The notes beneath the pieces are model-generated. The model was not told the DNA's origin and made no database searches. It was given only the letters and a program-made list of their open reading frames with translations. The position numbers were made by a program, and so were the translations under genes. DNA of 63,991 nt, the filler included, from an uncultured bacterium (lineage in GTDB: Bacteria > Hinthialibacterota > Hinthialibacteria > Hinthialibacterales > Hinthialibacteraceae), in assembly GCA_964449065.1 (NCBI GenBank). It is 7 parts of 7 records of this genome, joined end to end, with 100 filler letters (N's around TTAATTAATTAA, not from the genome) between each part and the next. Parts side by side here need not be neighbours in the genome. Positions count along the whole stretch, not along the records: positions 9,496 to 18,777 come from CAYVAZ010000201.1; positions 18,878 to 28,145 come from CAYVAZ010000202.1; 5 more parts are not named here. The stretch is one strand, 5' to 3'. Below, piece after piece: positions 9,661-19,825 of this stretch; position 1 is the first letter of the stretch; every line of letters begins with the position of its first letter.

Positions 9661-10080
9661 ACGTTTCTTCTTCGCTATATCCCTTAAGGCTTTTTTTGAG
9701 GGTTCGTTGCTTGTCTCTAATCACTGTTTTCAGGATAATATCGCAAGCATCTTGCCTGCAAAAGCCATTGTCTCCCACAAAGATATTGTCTCCCCCAAAG
9801 CATTTGGGGGAGATGTCCGACGCAAGGAGGGCAGAGGGGGCGCGAAGAGAACCATAAACCAGAATGATTCAACCGATTGTTTAGAAGTAGTTTCCTGGGC
9901 AATCAAACGAAGCAATCGGTTAAGCCGTTTTGTTTTTAGTGAACAATCCAAATTGGAAAAGGAAATATACCGATTGCAAATAGAAAAATCAAGAAAAAAA
10001 AAGCCCACATGTGTGCAGGCAAGATGCCTGCACCACAACGATTTCTAGGCTGTATTGTAGTGCAGGCGTCCCGCCTGCTA

Positions 10081-10380
10081 ATGTTGTTTTCTCGGAAATC
10101 CAAATTGCAAACGGTATTACTCCGCCATTTTGCAGAACAGGAACCGGTGTCGCGAATTTGTGAGGAATTAAATCTGCGCCCCACGATGTTTTACCGTTGG
10201 CAGAAGAAGTTTTTTGAGAACAGAGCCGTTGCCTTTCAAGCGAATTGAAAGGGCAATACCACCATCGGCAACCGAAAGATTTCCGTCTTGGAAAAAAACT
10301 CAAGCGAAAAAATGAAACCGTGGCGAAGCTCATGGAAATGCATATTCAGTTAAAAAAAGTCTTGGAAAGCGTTAACCGGA
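10081..10380 (+). pseudogene. IS3-family transposase OrfA remnant
   Basis: LLRHFAEQEPVSRICEELNLRPTMFYRWQKKFFEN HTH, then a broken KLKRKNETVAKLMEMHIQLKK leucine zipper and an A7G slippery site; OrfB absent. Confidence 0.7.
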
Positions 10381-10388
10381 ACAAGGTC

Positions 10389-11010
10389 TTACAAATCGTC
10401 AAATAAACTTTGTTGATATTTCTCTTCTTGTCTCTGTTTTTTCTCCTTAGCCTTTTTGCGGTTGATTTCCGCGCGTCTTTCTTTTTCCTCTAGGATTTTT
10501 TGTTCTTTAATTCTTCGCTGCTCGGCTTGGTATCTTTCTAATTCCTCAGATTCTTCCCCCTCAACACAACCAACCACAATCTTGGGGGGGGCGTAACGCG
10601 TTTTTTGGAATAACAAAACCACCGGGAAGTTGAATCAATGTAAGCGAATCAGAGATTCCCTTGCTGCATAAGCCTTTTGTGCCGAAACCAATCTTATAAT
10701 TCTTTTCAATCTCATTGGCTTTATTGCTGACGGTCGATTTTTTGGTATGAAAAAAATCGAATATCGTATCCGATGAAAGAAAATACGCGTTATCCCGGTC
10801 AAACAAAAAATTCAAGCGCGCGATTACATACACAATTGCTGCCGCCCAAATTTCCGTTTTGCCCCGGCTATTGGATATGTCTTTTTTGCGCTCCAGCATG
10901 TCAAACAGGTTCAACGTATAATTCATCAATTCGTCATTAAGATGCTGAGTAGAAAACTCCGTCAGCAAATATCTCACTTGATCAGGCCGGTTCATATTAT
11001 TGATCATCAT
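10389..11010 (-). pseudogene. DUF6398-like protein split by a frameshift in a C8 tract
   Basis: RGKTEIWAAAIVYVIARLNFLFD motif; removing one base from the G8 run (10584-10591) fuses ORF 10561-11010 to the charged tail ORF 10389-10622. Confidence 0.6.
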
Positions 11011-11242
11011 TCCCTTGTTCTCCTTTTAGAATTATTTTTTCTTGGCATCCGTCCAGCCATTGGAAGTCGGTTCCTTCACCGGTCTTGGAGAGAGGCTTTG
11101 CCCTCGTAGCCTGTACCGCCATCAATAATATCCTTTCGAATATCCCAACCGTTACAGGCACTAAAAGTGCAGTGGTGTTAGCCAAGGAATTATTTATCTG
11201 ATGTTACGCAATTGATGATTGACCCCTGCGCAATTGGTATTA

Positions 11243-11273
11243 AAAAGCCCCTCATGAAAAACATGAAGGGCTT
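11243..11273 (-). terminator. Probable intrinsic terminator
   Basis: AAAAGCCCCTCATG-AAAAA-CATGAAGGGCTT imperfect hairpin; T-tract on the minus strand. Confidence 0.45.
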
Positions 11274-11555
11274 CAATGATTTTTACCATCCACCAACCTA
11301 GTGGTTCATCAGAGTTGATCTGATGGGTGATAACTTAACCACCCACATGAAACGAGTAGGATCAGTCATTCACAAGCGTTAGCGCAGTGTTGTACCCCCT
11401 TGCATAAGGGGGGGGAGCCGTAGGCCCGGGGGATTTTGCGTAGTTGGAAGCTTGCTTCAATCCCCCTACCCCCCGTAACAAGGGGGCAAAAATAACAGAC
11501 TCCTTAACAATGGGTGAATAAATTTACCTACCATCATTTCATTGTTGAAAGACCA

Positions 11556-13103
11556 CTAGAATATCGGCCAATTCTCAACCGAAACGGGCTCCGGCTCTTC
11601 CACAGTCGATAAATCCAAATCGATATTATCCGTAATACCAATCCAATCGGCACGGGCACCCGGTTCACGCGTGTGCAAATTAATCACATGTGATCCTGCA
11701 TCCAACGGATAATCCACAATTTCATTGTTCAATGCTTCACTGGTGACATACTGACGGTGGAACGTTCCATCATCTGGTCCTAAATTAAATCGGAAAAAAT
11801 TATCATTGAACGCCTCATCATCAATCCCAACAAAAAATGAATCATCCGATCCGCTGGTGGATGAAAAGTTACCGAATAAGTAATAGGTTCCAGCTTGTTC
11901 AATATTTACGAAAAACTGCAAATCATCTTCATCCCGGAACGGATCAACCCGGCCGTCGATCAACGAACGGACTACAATACCGCTGGGCACTGAATCATCT
12001 CCCTCTAACAAAAAGTTTGGTGAATCGGTTTTCGGAGTACCGTTTTCCACTTGAATGACTACCACTTCTCCCGGAGCAACGTTTACCTCACCAATCGGAT
12101 TAAACGGCGGAGAGAACACCGCACGGGAATCACCGGTTGTAAAGAACTGATCGTCTAAAATACCGGCAATCTCGATGCTTGGTTGAGAATCGGATGGTGC
12201 GGTGATGTTATACGTTAATGTAGATGTCCCGGTAAATCCGGTTAAATTCCAGGTCACTTCACCGTTGGCAAATGAACCACCATTGCTGATATTGCTGGCA
12301 CTCCAACGTTCCGGCAGTGTCTCGACAACCGTTACATCGGCACCAGCCCCTTCCAATGTCACTTCAAGAGATACATTCAATACATCGCCATCGATATAAC
12401 GGGTTGGCATAATGGAACGGGTGGCCACAGGCGCGATACCTTCTGTGATAACGGTTAACCGGGGACGGCCGCTGGAGGCTTCGCTGGAGCTGAACTCCAA
12501 ACCGTCCCCACCGCCGGGGCGGATGATCCATCCCAAGTTTTCAGCCCCCCCTTGATACTTCACAATGCTGGATGTTACATCCAGCTCCAAAATGTTTCCC
12601 GCTGAAATCGTACCGCTGCCATCCGGTGCCAACAATGTCACAACCGGATCAGCCTCATGGTCAGCGCCAAACAACGGCTCCGCGCCGGAACCGTCGCCGA
12701 ATGTGAAAAAGTCGCCTTCTTCGTCAAACGGCTGTAACAATTCAAACATCTCTGCGCCGCTGCTGCCGTTACCAACAACTTCTAGTGTCAGGAACGCGCT
12801 GATAATTGTAGCATCCGGTGGTACCTGTCCTGGATTGGTACCGAAAATATCTTCAAAGCGAATCATCGCAAAGTTCTGTCCACCCGCATCAGAACTATCC
12901 GTTTCAAATCGTCCTTGATCTCCACGAATATTTAGAGGAGCACCGGTTTGGAAGGTCGTATCGAATGTCCCTTCATACCCGCCTATACCGTTCTCAAAGA
13001 TATACTCAATATCTGTATGGCCAACAGTAGCTCCCATAATAAGTGATGACAACACTATCCCTTGAAATGCCGCTTTCAACTCTGACGAAAACATAATAAC
13101 CAC
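11556..13103 (-). CDS. Secreted multidomain acidic protein (DNRLRE-like, Ig-like and CBM-like modules) with C-terminal W-x-x-F tail
   Basis: Signal peptide; YEGTFDT...AMIRFEDIFG...ATIISAFLTL...NLGWII...FSSSE...RPRLTV; ends PVSVENWPIF. Confidence 0.75.
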   Translation of the reverse strand: MVIMFSSELKAAFQGIVLSSLIMGATVGHTDIEYIFENGIGGYEGTFDTTFQTGAPLNIRGDQGRFETDSSDAGGQNFAMIRFEDIFGTNPGQVPPDATIISAFLTLEVVGNGSSGAEMFELLQPFDEEGDFFTFGDGSGAEPLFGADHEADPVVTLLAPDGSGTISAGNILELDVTSSIVKYQGGAENLGWIIRPGGGDGLEFSSSEASSGRPRLTVITEGIAPVATRSIMPTRYIDGDVLNVSLEVTLEGAGADVTVVETLPERWSASNISNGGSFANGEVTWNLTGFTGTSTLTYNITAPSDSQPSIEIAGILDDQFFTTGDSRAVFSPPFNPIGEVNVAPGEVVVIQVENGTPKTDSPNFLLEGDDSVPSGIVVRSLIDGRVDPFRDEDDLQFFVNIEQAGTYYLFGNFSSTSGSDDSFFVGIDDEAFNDNFFRFNLGPDDGTFHRQYVTSEALNNEIVDYPLDAGSHVINLHTREPGARADWIGITDNIDLDLSTVEEPEPVSVENWPIF

Positions 13104-13293
13104 TCCTTTTCCTAAAAAATTTAGTATATTTCTCAGGGTTACATAATTATGTTAATCAGGGATTAAGAATTCTATAGGAAAGAATTAATAAAATATTTAA
13201 GACGTGTAAATGTCTTTTTTTGAACAAAAACTGGGTTAGAAAACGGGTGTCAGATTTTGCGGATTGATTAAGAACAGCCGAACCGTAGATAGG

Positions 13294-14172
13294 TTAATTC
13301 GTCACCACATCACGGGCAAACAAGGCAATCACATTCGCTACCGCGCGTTCCACACCCGGTTTGCCGGCAAGCGCAAAGTCGGAGGGATGATTGACAACCT
13401 CATTGTTGATGACCATGGTCGAGGATCCCCCACCGTCTAAATTCAGCGCATCCCTCGCTCCCAGCTCCAAAAACATATTCGCGAACTCATCCAAGGTGAC
13501 GCCGACGCTCCATTCGGTTTGCCGGCCGTCCACCACAATCAAAATGACTTGCCCCTCGCCGGTTTTTCCAATGCCGGTTCGCGGATGCTTTTGCGTGTAG
13601 AAGGGATCGTCAATCGGTTTGACCAGATTCAGCGTGTTTTTCAGCAAAATCGGCCCCGCCCCCAACGCGGCGTGGCATTCATTCCAGCCCTCTTTTTCAG
13701 TTGAGATAGAATATCCCTTCACATCGCTTTCTTCGATTTTATCAATCAACAAACCGCTGGAATGAAACCCTACCGTCCCCGTGAATTTCGGAAACAAGGG
13801 CGGATACAATATTCGTCCATGCGCCATAACCAACCCGCTGGCACGGCTGGGACGCGTGCTGAAGAATCCCCCGTTGATCGTGACGAGCGCCTGCGACTGC
13901 TTGGCGAATTCCGTGGGACGAATATGCGTTCCAAAACTCCCCAACACGCCGAAGATGTAATCCGATGCCAAACCGGTAGCGCTGATGACATGCGCCCGCA
14001 CCGGTTCGTTCGGCATGGTTGTAAATAAAATCCGTTGGTACGTAATTCCTTTCGCAACCGTCCGCGTTTCCTGCACGCTGAGGTTCGACCACCATGCTTC
14101 CGCGTAGCTGACCAGTGAAAAGGATAAGTGGATAACAATGAATAAAGAAAGGAAGTAGCGAACCATTTGCAT
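13294..14172 (-). CDS. Phosphodiester glycosidase (NAGPA) family protein
   Basis: INGGFF, HPRTGIG, VVDGRQ, ALNLDGGGSSTM motifs; signal peptide. Confidence 0.92.
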   Translation of the reverse strand: MQMVRYFLSLFIVIHLSFSLVSYAEAWWSNLSVQETRTVAKGITYQRILFTTMPNEPVRAHVISATGLASDYIFGVLGSFGTHIRPTEFAKQSQALVTINGGFFSTRPSRASGLVMAHGRILYPPLFPKFTGTVGFHSSGLLIDKIEESDVKGYSISTEKEGWNECHAALGAGPILLKNTLNLVKPIDDPFYTQKHPRTGIGKTGEGQVILIVVDGRQTEWSVGVTLDEFANMFLELGARDALNLDGGGSSTMVINNEVVNHPSDFALAGKPGVERAVANVIALFARDVVTN

Positions 14173-14396
14173 CTCTTAAAATTATTATATCTGAAATATA
14201 ACGGATCATCCCGATTTGAAAAGTGAAACCATCCCCATTGCTTGTGTCTGCCTGCATGATAAAAGTATACACGATTCTGTTTTAATCTTGTTATGGTCAA
14301 ACAAAATTTCGTACAAATCTTGTCCAGAATGGCTCTATACTACTATAATAAAAAAATGCAAATTCGTTCAGCAAAAATCGGTTGAGGAAAAGTCTC

Positions 14397-15785
14397 ATGG
14401 TTATGTCTCCCCCTTCGGTTCCCAAAGTGTTCTTTTACTCCAAATGCATCTCCTGCGGAAAAGAATACCCGACGGACCGCTTTACCTATGTCTGCACAGC
14501 GGAAGGTTGCGGCGGTCTGTTGATGATCGAACGCGACGAAGACGCCATTCAATGCTCCATTGGCAGCGGCCGCGCGGCACAAAATTACCTCGATCATATC
14601 CGCTGGAGCGAACTCTCGCGCAAATACCCCACCGGTTCGGGCGTGTTCGGCTGGAAAGACTTTATCCTCCCCGGCTTTCCGGATGAGGCCTGTATGGCGC
14701 TGAACGAAGGCTGCACGGATTTATACGAAGTGCCGCACTGGCTGCAAAAAGAACTAGGCTTGGGCAAGACCTTTATCAAGTTGGAAGGCCAAAACCCCAG
14801 CGGCAGTTTTAAAGACCGCGGCATGTCCGTCGCCGTCAGCGAGACCTTGCGCTTGCAAATGAATTACCCTGAATTAAAGATCGAAGGCATCTGCTGCGCT
14901 TCCACCGGCGATACCTCCGCCGCCGCCGCGGCTTACGCGGGCTATGCCCGCGACCGTTTGTACTGCATCATCCTTGTGCCGCACAACAACATATCCATGG
15001 CGCAGCTTTCGCAGGCGTTGCAGTTTGGCGCGCAGGTCATCGCGGTGGATCACGAAGACGGTTTCGACGGCTGTATGCGCATCATTCAAGAGTTCAGCCA
15101 ATCGCACGATTCCTTGGTGCTGGTGAATTCCAAAAACGCGTTTCGCATTGTCGGACAAGAAACCATCGGCCTGGAAATCTGCCAAGACCTGCATTGGAAC
15201 ACCCCCGATTGGATCGCCATCCCTGTCGGCAACGCAGGCAACCTCACCGCGTTGCTTTCCGGCTTAAAACGCGCGCGTTATCACGGCCTGATCGATCGCT
15301 TGCCTGGAATCTTGATCGGCCAGGGATCACACAGCGATACCCTCGTCCGTTGGGATCGAGGCGGTAGACAGCCGCAAGCCTATCAACCCGGCAAGTTTAA
15401 ACCCAGCGTGGCCTCCGCCGCCAACATCAGCGACCCGGTCTCATTCCCACGGGTTGCCAAGTTGCTGAAGGATTTTAATGCTCATTTCTATACGGTTCCC
15501 GAAGAAGAAATCCAAAACGCGCAAATGTCCGTGACCCGCGGCGGGGTGGATATCTGCCCCCAAACCGGGATTGCTCTTTCGGCGCTCTTCCAAGCCCGCG
15601 ATGCCAATGTGGTATCCGAAAACGATGTTTCCGCCGTCATCAGCACCGCCACCGGCCTCAAGTTCGCTGAAACATCCGTGAAATACCACGGCGCGGAAAT
15701 CAAAAAGAAATTCAGCAACATGTTCAAAATCGCCCAAGGCTCCATTGATGATGTCGAACGCCTCCTGCATGAGTGGGATGGGTAA
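14397..15785 (+). CDS. thrC: Threonine synthase
   Basis: KLEGQNPSGSFKDRGM, CASTGDTSAA, PVGNAGN, TATGLKF; N-terminal Cys ribbon. Confidence 0.92.
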   Translation: MVMSPPSVPKVFFYSKCISCGKEYPTDRFTYVCTAEGCGGLLMIERDEDAIQCSIGSGRAAQNYLDHIRWSELSRKYPTGSGVFGWKDFILPGFPDEACMALNEGCTDLYEVPHWLQKELGLGKTFIKLEGQNPSGSFKDRGMSVAVSETLRLQMNYPELKIEGICCASTGDTSAAAAAYAGYARDRLYCIILVPHNNISMAQLSQALQFGAQVIAVDHEDGFDGCMRIIQEFSQSHDSLVLVNSKNAFRIVGQETIGLEICQDLHWNTPDWIAIPVGNAGNLTALLSGLKRARYHGLIDRLPGILIGQGSHSDTLVRWDRGGRQPQAYQPGKFKPSVASAANISDPVSFPRVAKLLKDFNAHFYTVPEEEIQNAQMSVTRGGVDICPQTGIALSALFQARDANVVSENDVSAVISTATGLKFAETSVKYHGAEIKKKFSNMFKIAQGSIDDVERLLHEWDG

Positions 15786-16145
15786 TTTCTTGAAAGACTG
15801 AGAACGGAATATAACGTTCTTCAAAATACGGTCTTGGATATACCATTGATTCAAAATTGTGCATGATATCATTGGAGCAAAATCATATATCAAAAAGTCA
15901 GTGTAATCTTTCGGGTATTGAAAAAAATATCCGCTGGGGTGCCGGTAATGAAAATCGCGGTTCGCGCCGTTTTGACCGGACAGACAATCTTTGAAAGTCT
16001 TCGTTCTCTACACTCAAATTTGCGTTTATTCACGGTCACATATTATCTCTCTGACCTCTTTGGCTCTGTGGGGCGAATCCTTCGTCCTATTTATCCTAAT
16101 ACGTCCTGCCTGTCATGATTCAGGCAATGGATATCTTTATAAACT

Positions 16146-16373
16146 TTATTCTTTTTTAAAACCCTCTCTTGATTCTATTACTGCGTCAATTATATCTTGG
16201 GTAGTTGCTTTTGTTTTTATTCCATGCACATCAAATGGGGATGAAGATTCCTTCCGGAATGTCACAGAAAAAGATTCCCCACCTCTTCTGGTGATAATCA
16301 CTTCTTCATTGAGGGCCGTATTCAATACTTCGGCTAACCGCTGTCTCGCTTCCGAATAGTTGTATACTTTCAT
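16146..16373 (-). CDS. Phd/YefM-family antitoxin
   Basis: MKVYNYSEARQRLAEVLNTALNEEVIITRRGG; ATG overlaps the toxin stop codon. Confidence 0.85.
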   Translation of the reverse strand: MKVYNYSEARQRLAEVLNTALNEEVIITRRGGESFSVTFRKESSSPFDVHGIKTKATTQDIIDAVIESREGFKKE

Positions 16374-16768
16374 TTCTCGTACTCCAGTGTTGTGATTCCA
16401 ATTGTCTTGGCAATCCGTTTCATCCGCCGATCCAGGGTTAATATTGGACATCGAAGACGCTTTGCGCATTCAAGAAAATAGGCATCATACGCGTAAATAT
16501 GATGTTCACCAGCAATGTCTAGCGCGTCTTCCATCTCAATTTTTCTTAACTCAACCGGAATAGTTTGTGCGGCTTTCCAAGCCGTGTTCATTTCTTCTTT
16601 CATTAAAATGTTTTTTTTCAACATCGCAGTCAAAGCATTACCAATCTCGAATGGTAAAATTTCAGGTGCGGCCAAATGAAAACCTTTGGTTATACCGATA
16701 ATGGATTCCTTTTCCGGTTCGTTAAGAGCAACCGCAATGAATGTATTTGTATCTGCTATGATCTTCAT
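16370..16768 (-). CDS. VapC/PIN-domain toxin
   Basis: IIADTN, EIGNAL, YAYDAYFL, ILTLDRRM acidic PIN motif. Confidence 0.9.
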   Translation of the reverse strand: MKIIADTNTFIAVALNEPEKESIIGITKGFHLAAPEILPFEIGNALTAMLKKNILMKEEMNTAWKAAQTIPVELRKIEMEDALDIAGEHHIYAYDAYFLECAKRLRCPILTLDRRMKRIAKTIGITTLEYEK

Positions 16769-16928
16769 GAGTACAATTGTACCTGTGTATATTTAAAAAA
16801 ACAATATCTTTTTTTTAAAATACCATATTCAACCTGATGCAGATATTGAAAATCCTCAACTTCAGCAAGATAGGTCAAAAATCTCTTGTTTCTCACATCA
16901 TGCCTAATACAATAGGCATAAGGTAATT

Positions 16929-16956
16929 CCGGCTCGGCGGGAGCCTCGCTCTCCCA
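16929..16956. repeat. REP-like palindrome family GGGAGGGCGAGGCTCCCGCCGAGCC
   Basis: Near-identical copies at about 18705, 27990, 56308 and 56339. Confidence 0.75.
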
Positions 16957-17000
16957 AATTAAAGTAATTCTGAAATGTAGACTGGAAAAATGAGAATCGG

Positions 17001-17561
17001 ATGAATTCACAAGCCCATATCCGTAAAGCACACACCAAAGATGTCCCTCGAATGAAGCATCTCATCGAACAGCACATGACTGAGGGCTTTCTGCTACCGC
17101 GCCCGCTTTCGGAACTGTACGAAAACCTGCGCGATTTCTTTGTTGTGGAAGAAGACGGCACTGTGCATGGCTGTGCGGGTCTTCATTTGGTGTGGGGCGA
17201 CCTGGCCGAGATCAAATCGCTGGTGGTCGATCACCACGGCCGCGGCAAAGGCTGGGGCGCAATGCTCATCAACGCCTGCCTCGATGAAGCGCGTGAGATG
17301 AACATCACCCACGTGTTTGCCCTCACCCAGGTTACCGGATTTTTTGAGCGCATGGGCTTCTCAGAGATTGATAAATCCGAACTCCCGCATAAAGTATGGA
17401 CAGAGTGTGTGCGCTGCCCCAAGTTCACCGAGTGCGATGAAGTGGCGGTGCGCGTTCAAGTGTGTGAGCCGAACCCGAACATTGTGCACCCGCCCAGCGG
17501 CGGGGCGCCCCGGATGGTGCAAATTCCCCAGCCGGCCCACGCGGATTCCGTAAAACCATAA
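17001..17561 (+). CDS. GNAT N-acetyltransferase, short ArgA-like (amino-acid N-acetyltransferase)
   Basis: LLPRPLSELYENLRDF, LAEIKSL, VFALT, ELPHKVWTECVRCPKF-ECDEVA. Confidence 0.85.
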   Translation: MNSQAHIRKAHTKDVPRMKHLIEQHMTEGFLLPRPLSELYENLRDFFVVEEDGTVHGCAGLHLVWGDLAEIKSLVVDHHGRGKGWGAMLINACLDEAREMNITHVFALTQVTGFFERMGFSEIDKSELPHKVWTECVRCPKFTECDEVAVRVQVCEPNPNIVHPPSGGAPRMVQIPQPAHADSVKP

Positions 17562-17576
17562 ACGATTGGAAAACCC

Positions 17577-17897
17577 ATGTTCTTAGGCAAAGTTGTTGGA
17601 ACCGTTGTTTCCACCCAAAAAGACCCGAAACTCTCCGGCCTGAAACTGCTGTTGGTGCAGCAAATTCGCGCCGAAGACCTTGAACCGCGCGACCTTTTTC
17701 ACGTCGTGGCAGATAGCGTTGGCGCGGGAAAAGGCGAGATCGTCGTCGTCGTGGGCGGTTCTTCCGCGCGCCTGACCGAAACCACCGATAAACTTCCCGT
17801 CGATTCGGCGATCATTTCGATTGTCGATACCCTGGAAATCGACGGCAAAACCGTATACTCCAAATCCGAATCCCATGAACCGGCAGGCGTATCATGA
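17577..17897 (+). CDS. EutN/CcmL microcompartment vertex protein (BMC-P)
   Basis: MFLGKVVGTVVSTQKD...VADSVGAGKGEIV...GSSAR...PVDSAIISIVD. Confidence 0.93.
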   Translation: MFLGKVVGTVVSTQKDPKLSGLKLLLVQQIRAEDLEPRDLFHVVADSVGAGKGEIVVVVGGSSARLTETTDKLPVDSAIISIVDTLEIDGKTVYSKSESHEPAGVS

Positions 17898-18166
17898 ATC
17901 TCGCGAAAGTCGTCGGCTCGTTATGGTCTACCCGCAAAGACAAGAACTTTAACGGCATGCAGTTCTGCGTGATTCAACGGGTGGACCAAAATGAAGTCCC
18001 CTGCGGCGAACCGTTAATTGCGGTCGATCCGGAAAACAAATCGGGCAAAGGCGAGTTGGTCTTTTATGTCGATGGAGGCGATGCCACCATGGTATGCAAA
18101 GGCCATCAAATGCCGTCGGACGCCACCATCGTCGGAATTGTCGATACGCTGTATACAAGAGATTAA
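17894..18166 (+). CDS. EutN/CcmL microcompartment vertex protein (BMC-P)
   Basis: MNLAKVVGSLWSTRKD...IAVD...GELV...PSDATIVGIVD. Confidence 0.9.
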   Translation: MNLAKVVGSLWSTRKDKNFNGMQFCVIQRVDQNEVPCGEPLIAVDPENKSGKGELVFYVDGGDATMVCKGHQMPSDATIVGIVDTLYTRD

Positions 18167-18264
18167 ATTGTAGAGGCACTCCCCCTGGCTGCCCTGCGTA
18201 AAGAAAAATATGTATCATCAGGCAAGCAAAAGGGCTTGCCGCTTCGAATGATTAGGAACATCGA

Positions 18265-18567
18265 ATGAAACTTGGACGCATTGTCGGCAACGCTGTCGCG
18301 ACGTTAAAACATGAGGCGTACCAAAGCAAAGCACTGCTGCTGGTTGAACCGGTGAATCCCAATGGCGAATCCATCGGACCCGCGACCGTGGCGGTCGACT
18401 ACGTTGGCGCGGGAATCGGCGAATACGTTCTTTTGGGCGGAGCTCCCGGCCAGGCCAAGGATGTGTTCAGCCTTGAAATCGCCCCTATTAAAGAAATGGT
18501 CATGGGCATCATCGACGAAGTCGTCATCGATGGCCAGATCACCCTCAGCGCTTCCAACCTGCGGTAA
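18265..18567 (+). CDS. EutN/CcmL microcompartment vertex protein (BMC-P)
   Basis: MKLGRIVGNAVATLKH...VAVDYVGAGIGEYVL...MGIID. Confidence 0.9.
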   Translation: MKLGRIVGNAVATLKHEAYQSKALLLVEPVNPNGESIGPATVAVDYVGAGIGEYVLLGGAPGQAKDVFSLEIAPIKEMVMGIIDEVVIDGQITLSASNLR

Positions 18568-18777
18568 GAATGAACTCCCAACCCCGCTCTGCCCGCAAAC
18601 TTGTTTAAAAAACCTTGCCATTATTCCCCGCCCCTTAAAAAAGATTCTCTCCGTACACAACCGGGCAGCACCATCTCCCAGCCGGTAAATGAATGCGCAA
18701 CCCTGGGAGGGCGAGGCTCCCGCCGAGCCAGCGGCACGTTATCCTCCTCAAACATTCGAAATAAAACCGGTATAAAA

Positions 18778-18877
18778 NNNNNNNNNNNNNNNNNNNNNNN
18801 NNNNNNNNNNNNNNNNNNNNNTTAATTAATTAANNNNNNNNNNNNNNNNNNNNNNNNNNNNNNNNNNNNNNNNNNNN
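18778..18877. other. Artificial contig linker
   Basis: N44-TTAATTAATTAA-N44. Confidence 0.97.
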
Positions 18878-19129
18878 CAAAGGGAGAAGACGATAGACAC
18901 TGCGTTTGACTGAGAATAGTTGGCTCACAACTAAAACCATTTTTCAAGCAGTCGCCAATTCATGGATTGCGTAACATCAGTAACTAATTTGACTGTTTTT
19001 CGTAAATAAATTGACAGAAAGGCTTGGGCCTTACCGTGTGGAATGGCGATTAACCCTTTACTGAAGAACGGTTAAAGAAACAATATACCCCTATATTGAT
19101 AGCAATGATCCGGATGGGAGTGTAGGATT

Positions 19130-19825
19130 TTGAGCGTTGAATCAAAAACAAAAAAATACTTTACGGTGTGTTTGGATATCGAAGGCAAATCAGCCGTGGT
19201 TTTCGGCGGTGGAGATGTGGCACGCCGCAAAGCCGCTACTCTGAAAGATGCCGGAGCTGATGTGCTTGTCGTCAGTCCTCAACTGGATCCGGTTTTGGAA
19301 TACATGTCATTTCAAAAAGAAATTACGTGGAAGCAGCGCGACTATCAAGAACAAGATATCGACGGCAAAGAAATCGTTGTGGCTGCCACCAATAATAGAG
19401 AGGTCAACCAAGAGATTGGAAAAATATGTCAACAACGGGGAATCCTCTGCAATATTGTCGATGAGCCGGAAGAAGGTTCATACATTGTCCCGACAACATT
19501 GGAGCGCGGCCTCTTTTCGATTTCCATCGGCACATCCGGCATCAGCCCCACGTTGGCCGCCAGCATTCGCCAAGAGTTGGAAATGGCATACGGGGAAGAA
19601 TACGGCATGTTTTTGGAACTGATGGCCCCGTTGCGGGAGATCGTAAAAGATGAGTTTCCCTCGCCGCAGCAGCGCCAAAAGGTATTTGACCGCATGGTCT
19701 CCTCCCGCGCGCTTTCCTTACTGCGCAGCGGCATGCAGGAACAGGCGGAAAAAGAACTGCGGGAAATTATTTACAACGCCAAACAAGAGGGAGGCGGTAA
19801 CGCCCTTCCCGTCATCAATTCCTAA
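19130..19825 (+). CDS. Precorrin-2 dehydrogenase/sirohydrochlorin ferrochelatase (SirC / CysG N-terminal type)
   Basis: VFGGGDVARRK, VAATNNREVN, CNIVDEP, ISIGTSGISPTLA. Confidence 0.9.
   Translation: MSVESKTKKYFTVCLDIEGKSAVVFGGGDVARRKAATLKDAGADVLVVSPQLDPVLEYMSFQKEITWKQRDYQEQDIDGKEIVVAATNNREVNQEIGKICQQRGILCNIVDEPEEGSYIVPTTLERGLFSISIGTSGISPTLAASIRQELEMAYGEEYGMFLELMAPLREIVKDEFPSPQQRQKVFDRMVSSRALSLLRSGMQEQAEKELREIIYNAKQEGGGNALPVINS

Noticed and set aside
9599..10048. ORFs of 61-149 aa across 9599-10048
   Set aside because: They translate REP/MITE mosaics; no protein motifs
16765..17031. 88-aa ORF upstream of vapC as an antitoxin
   Set aside because: It spans a REP repeat, and the Phd-like antitoxin lies downstream
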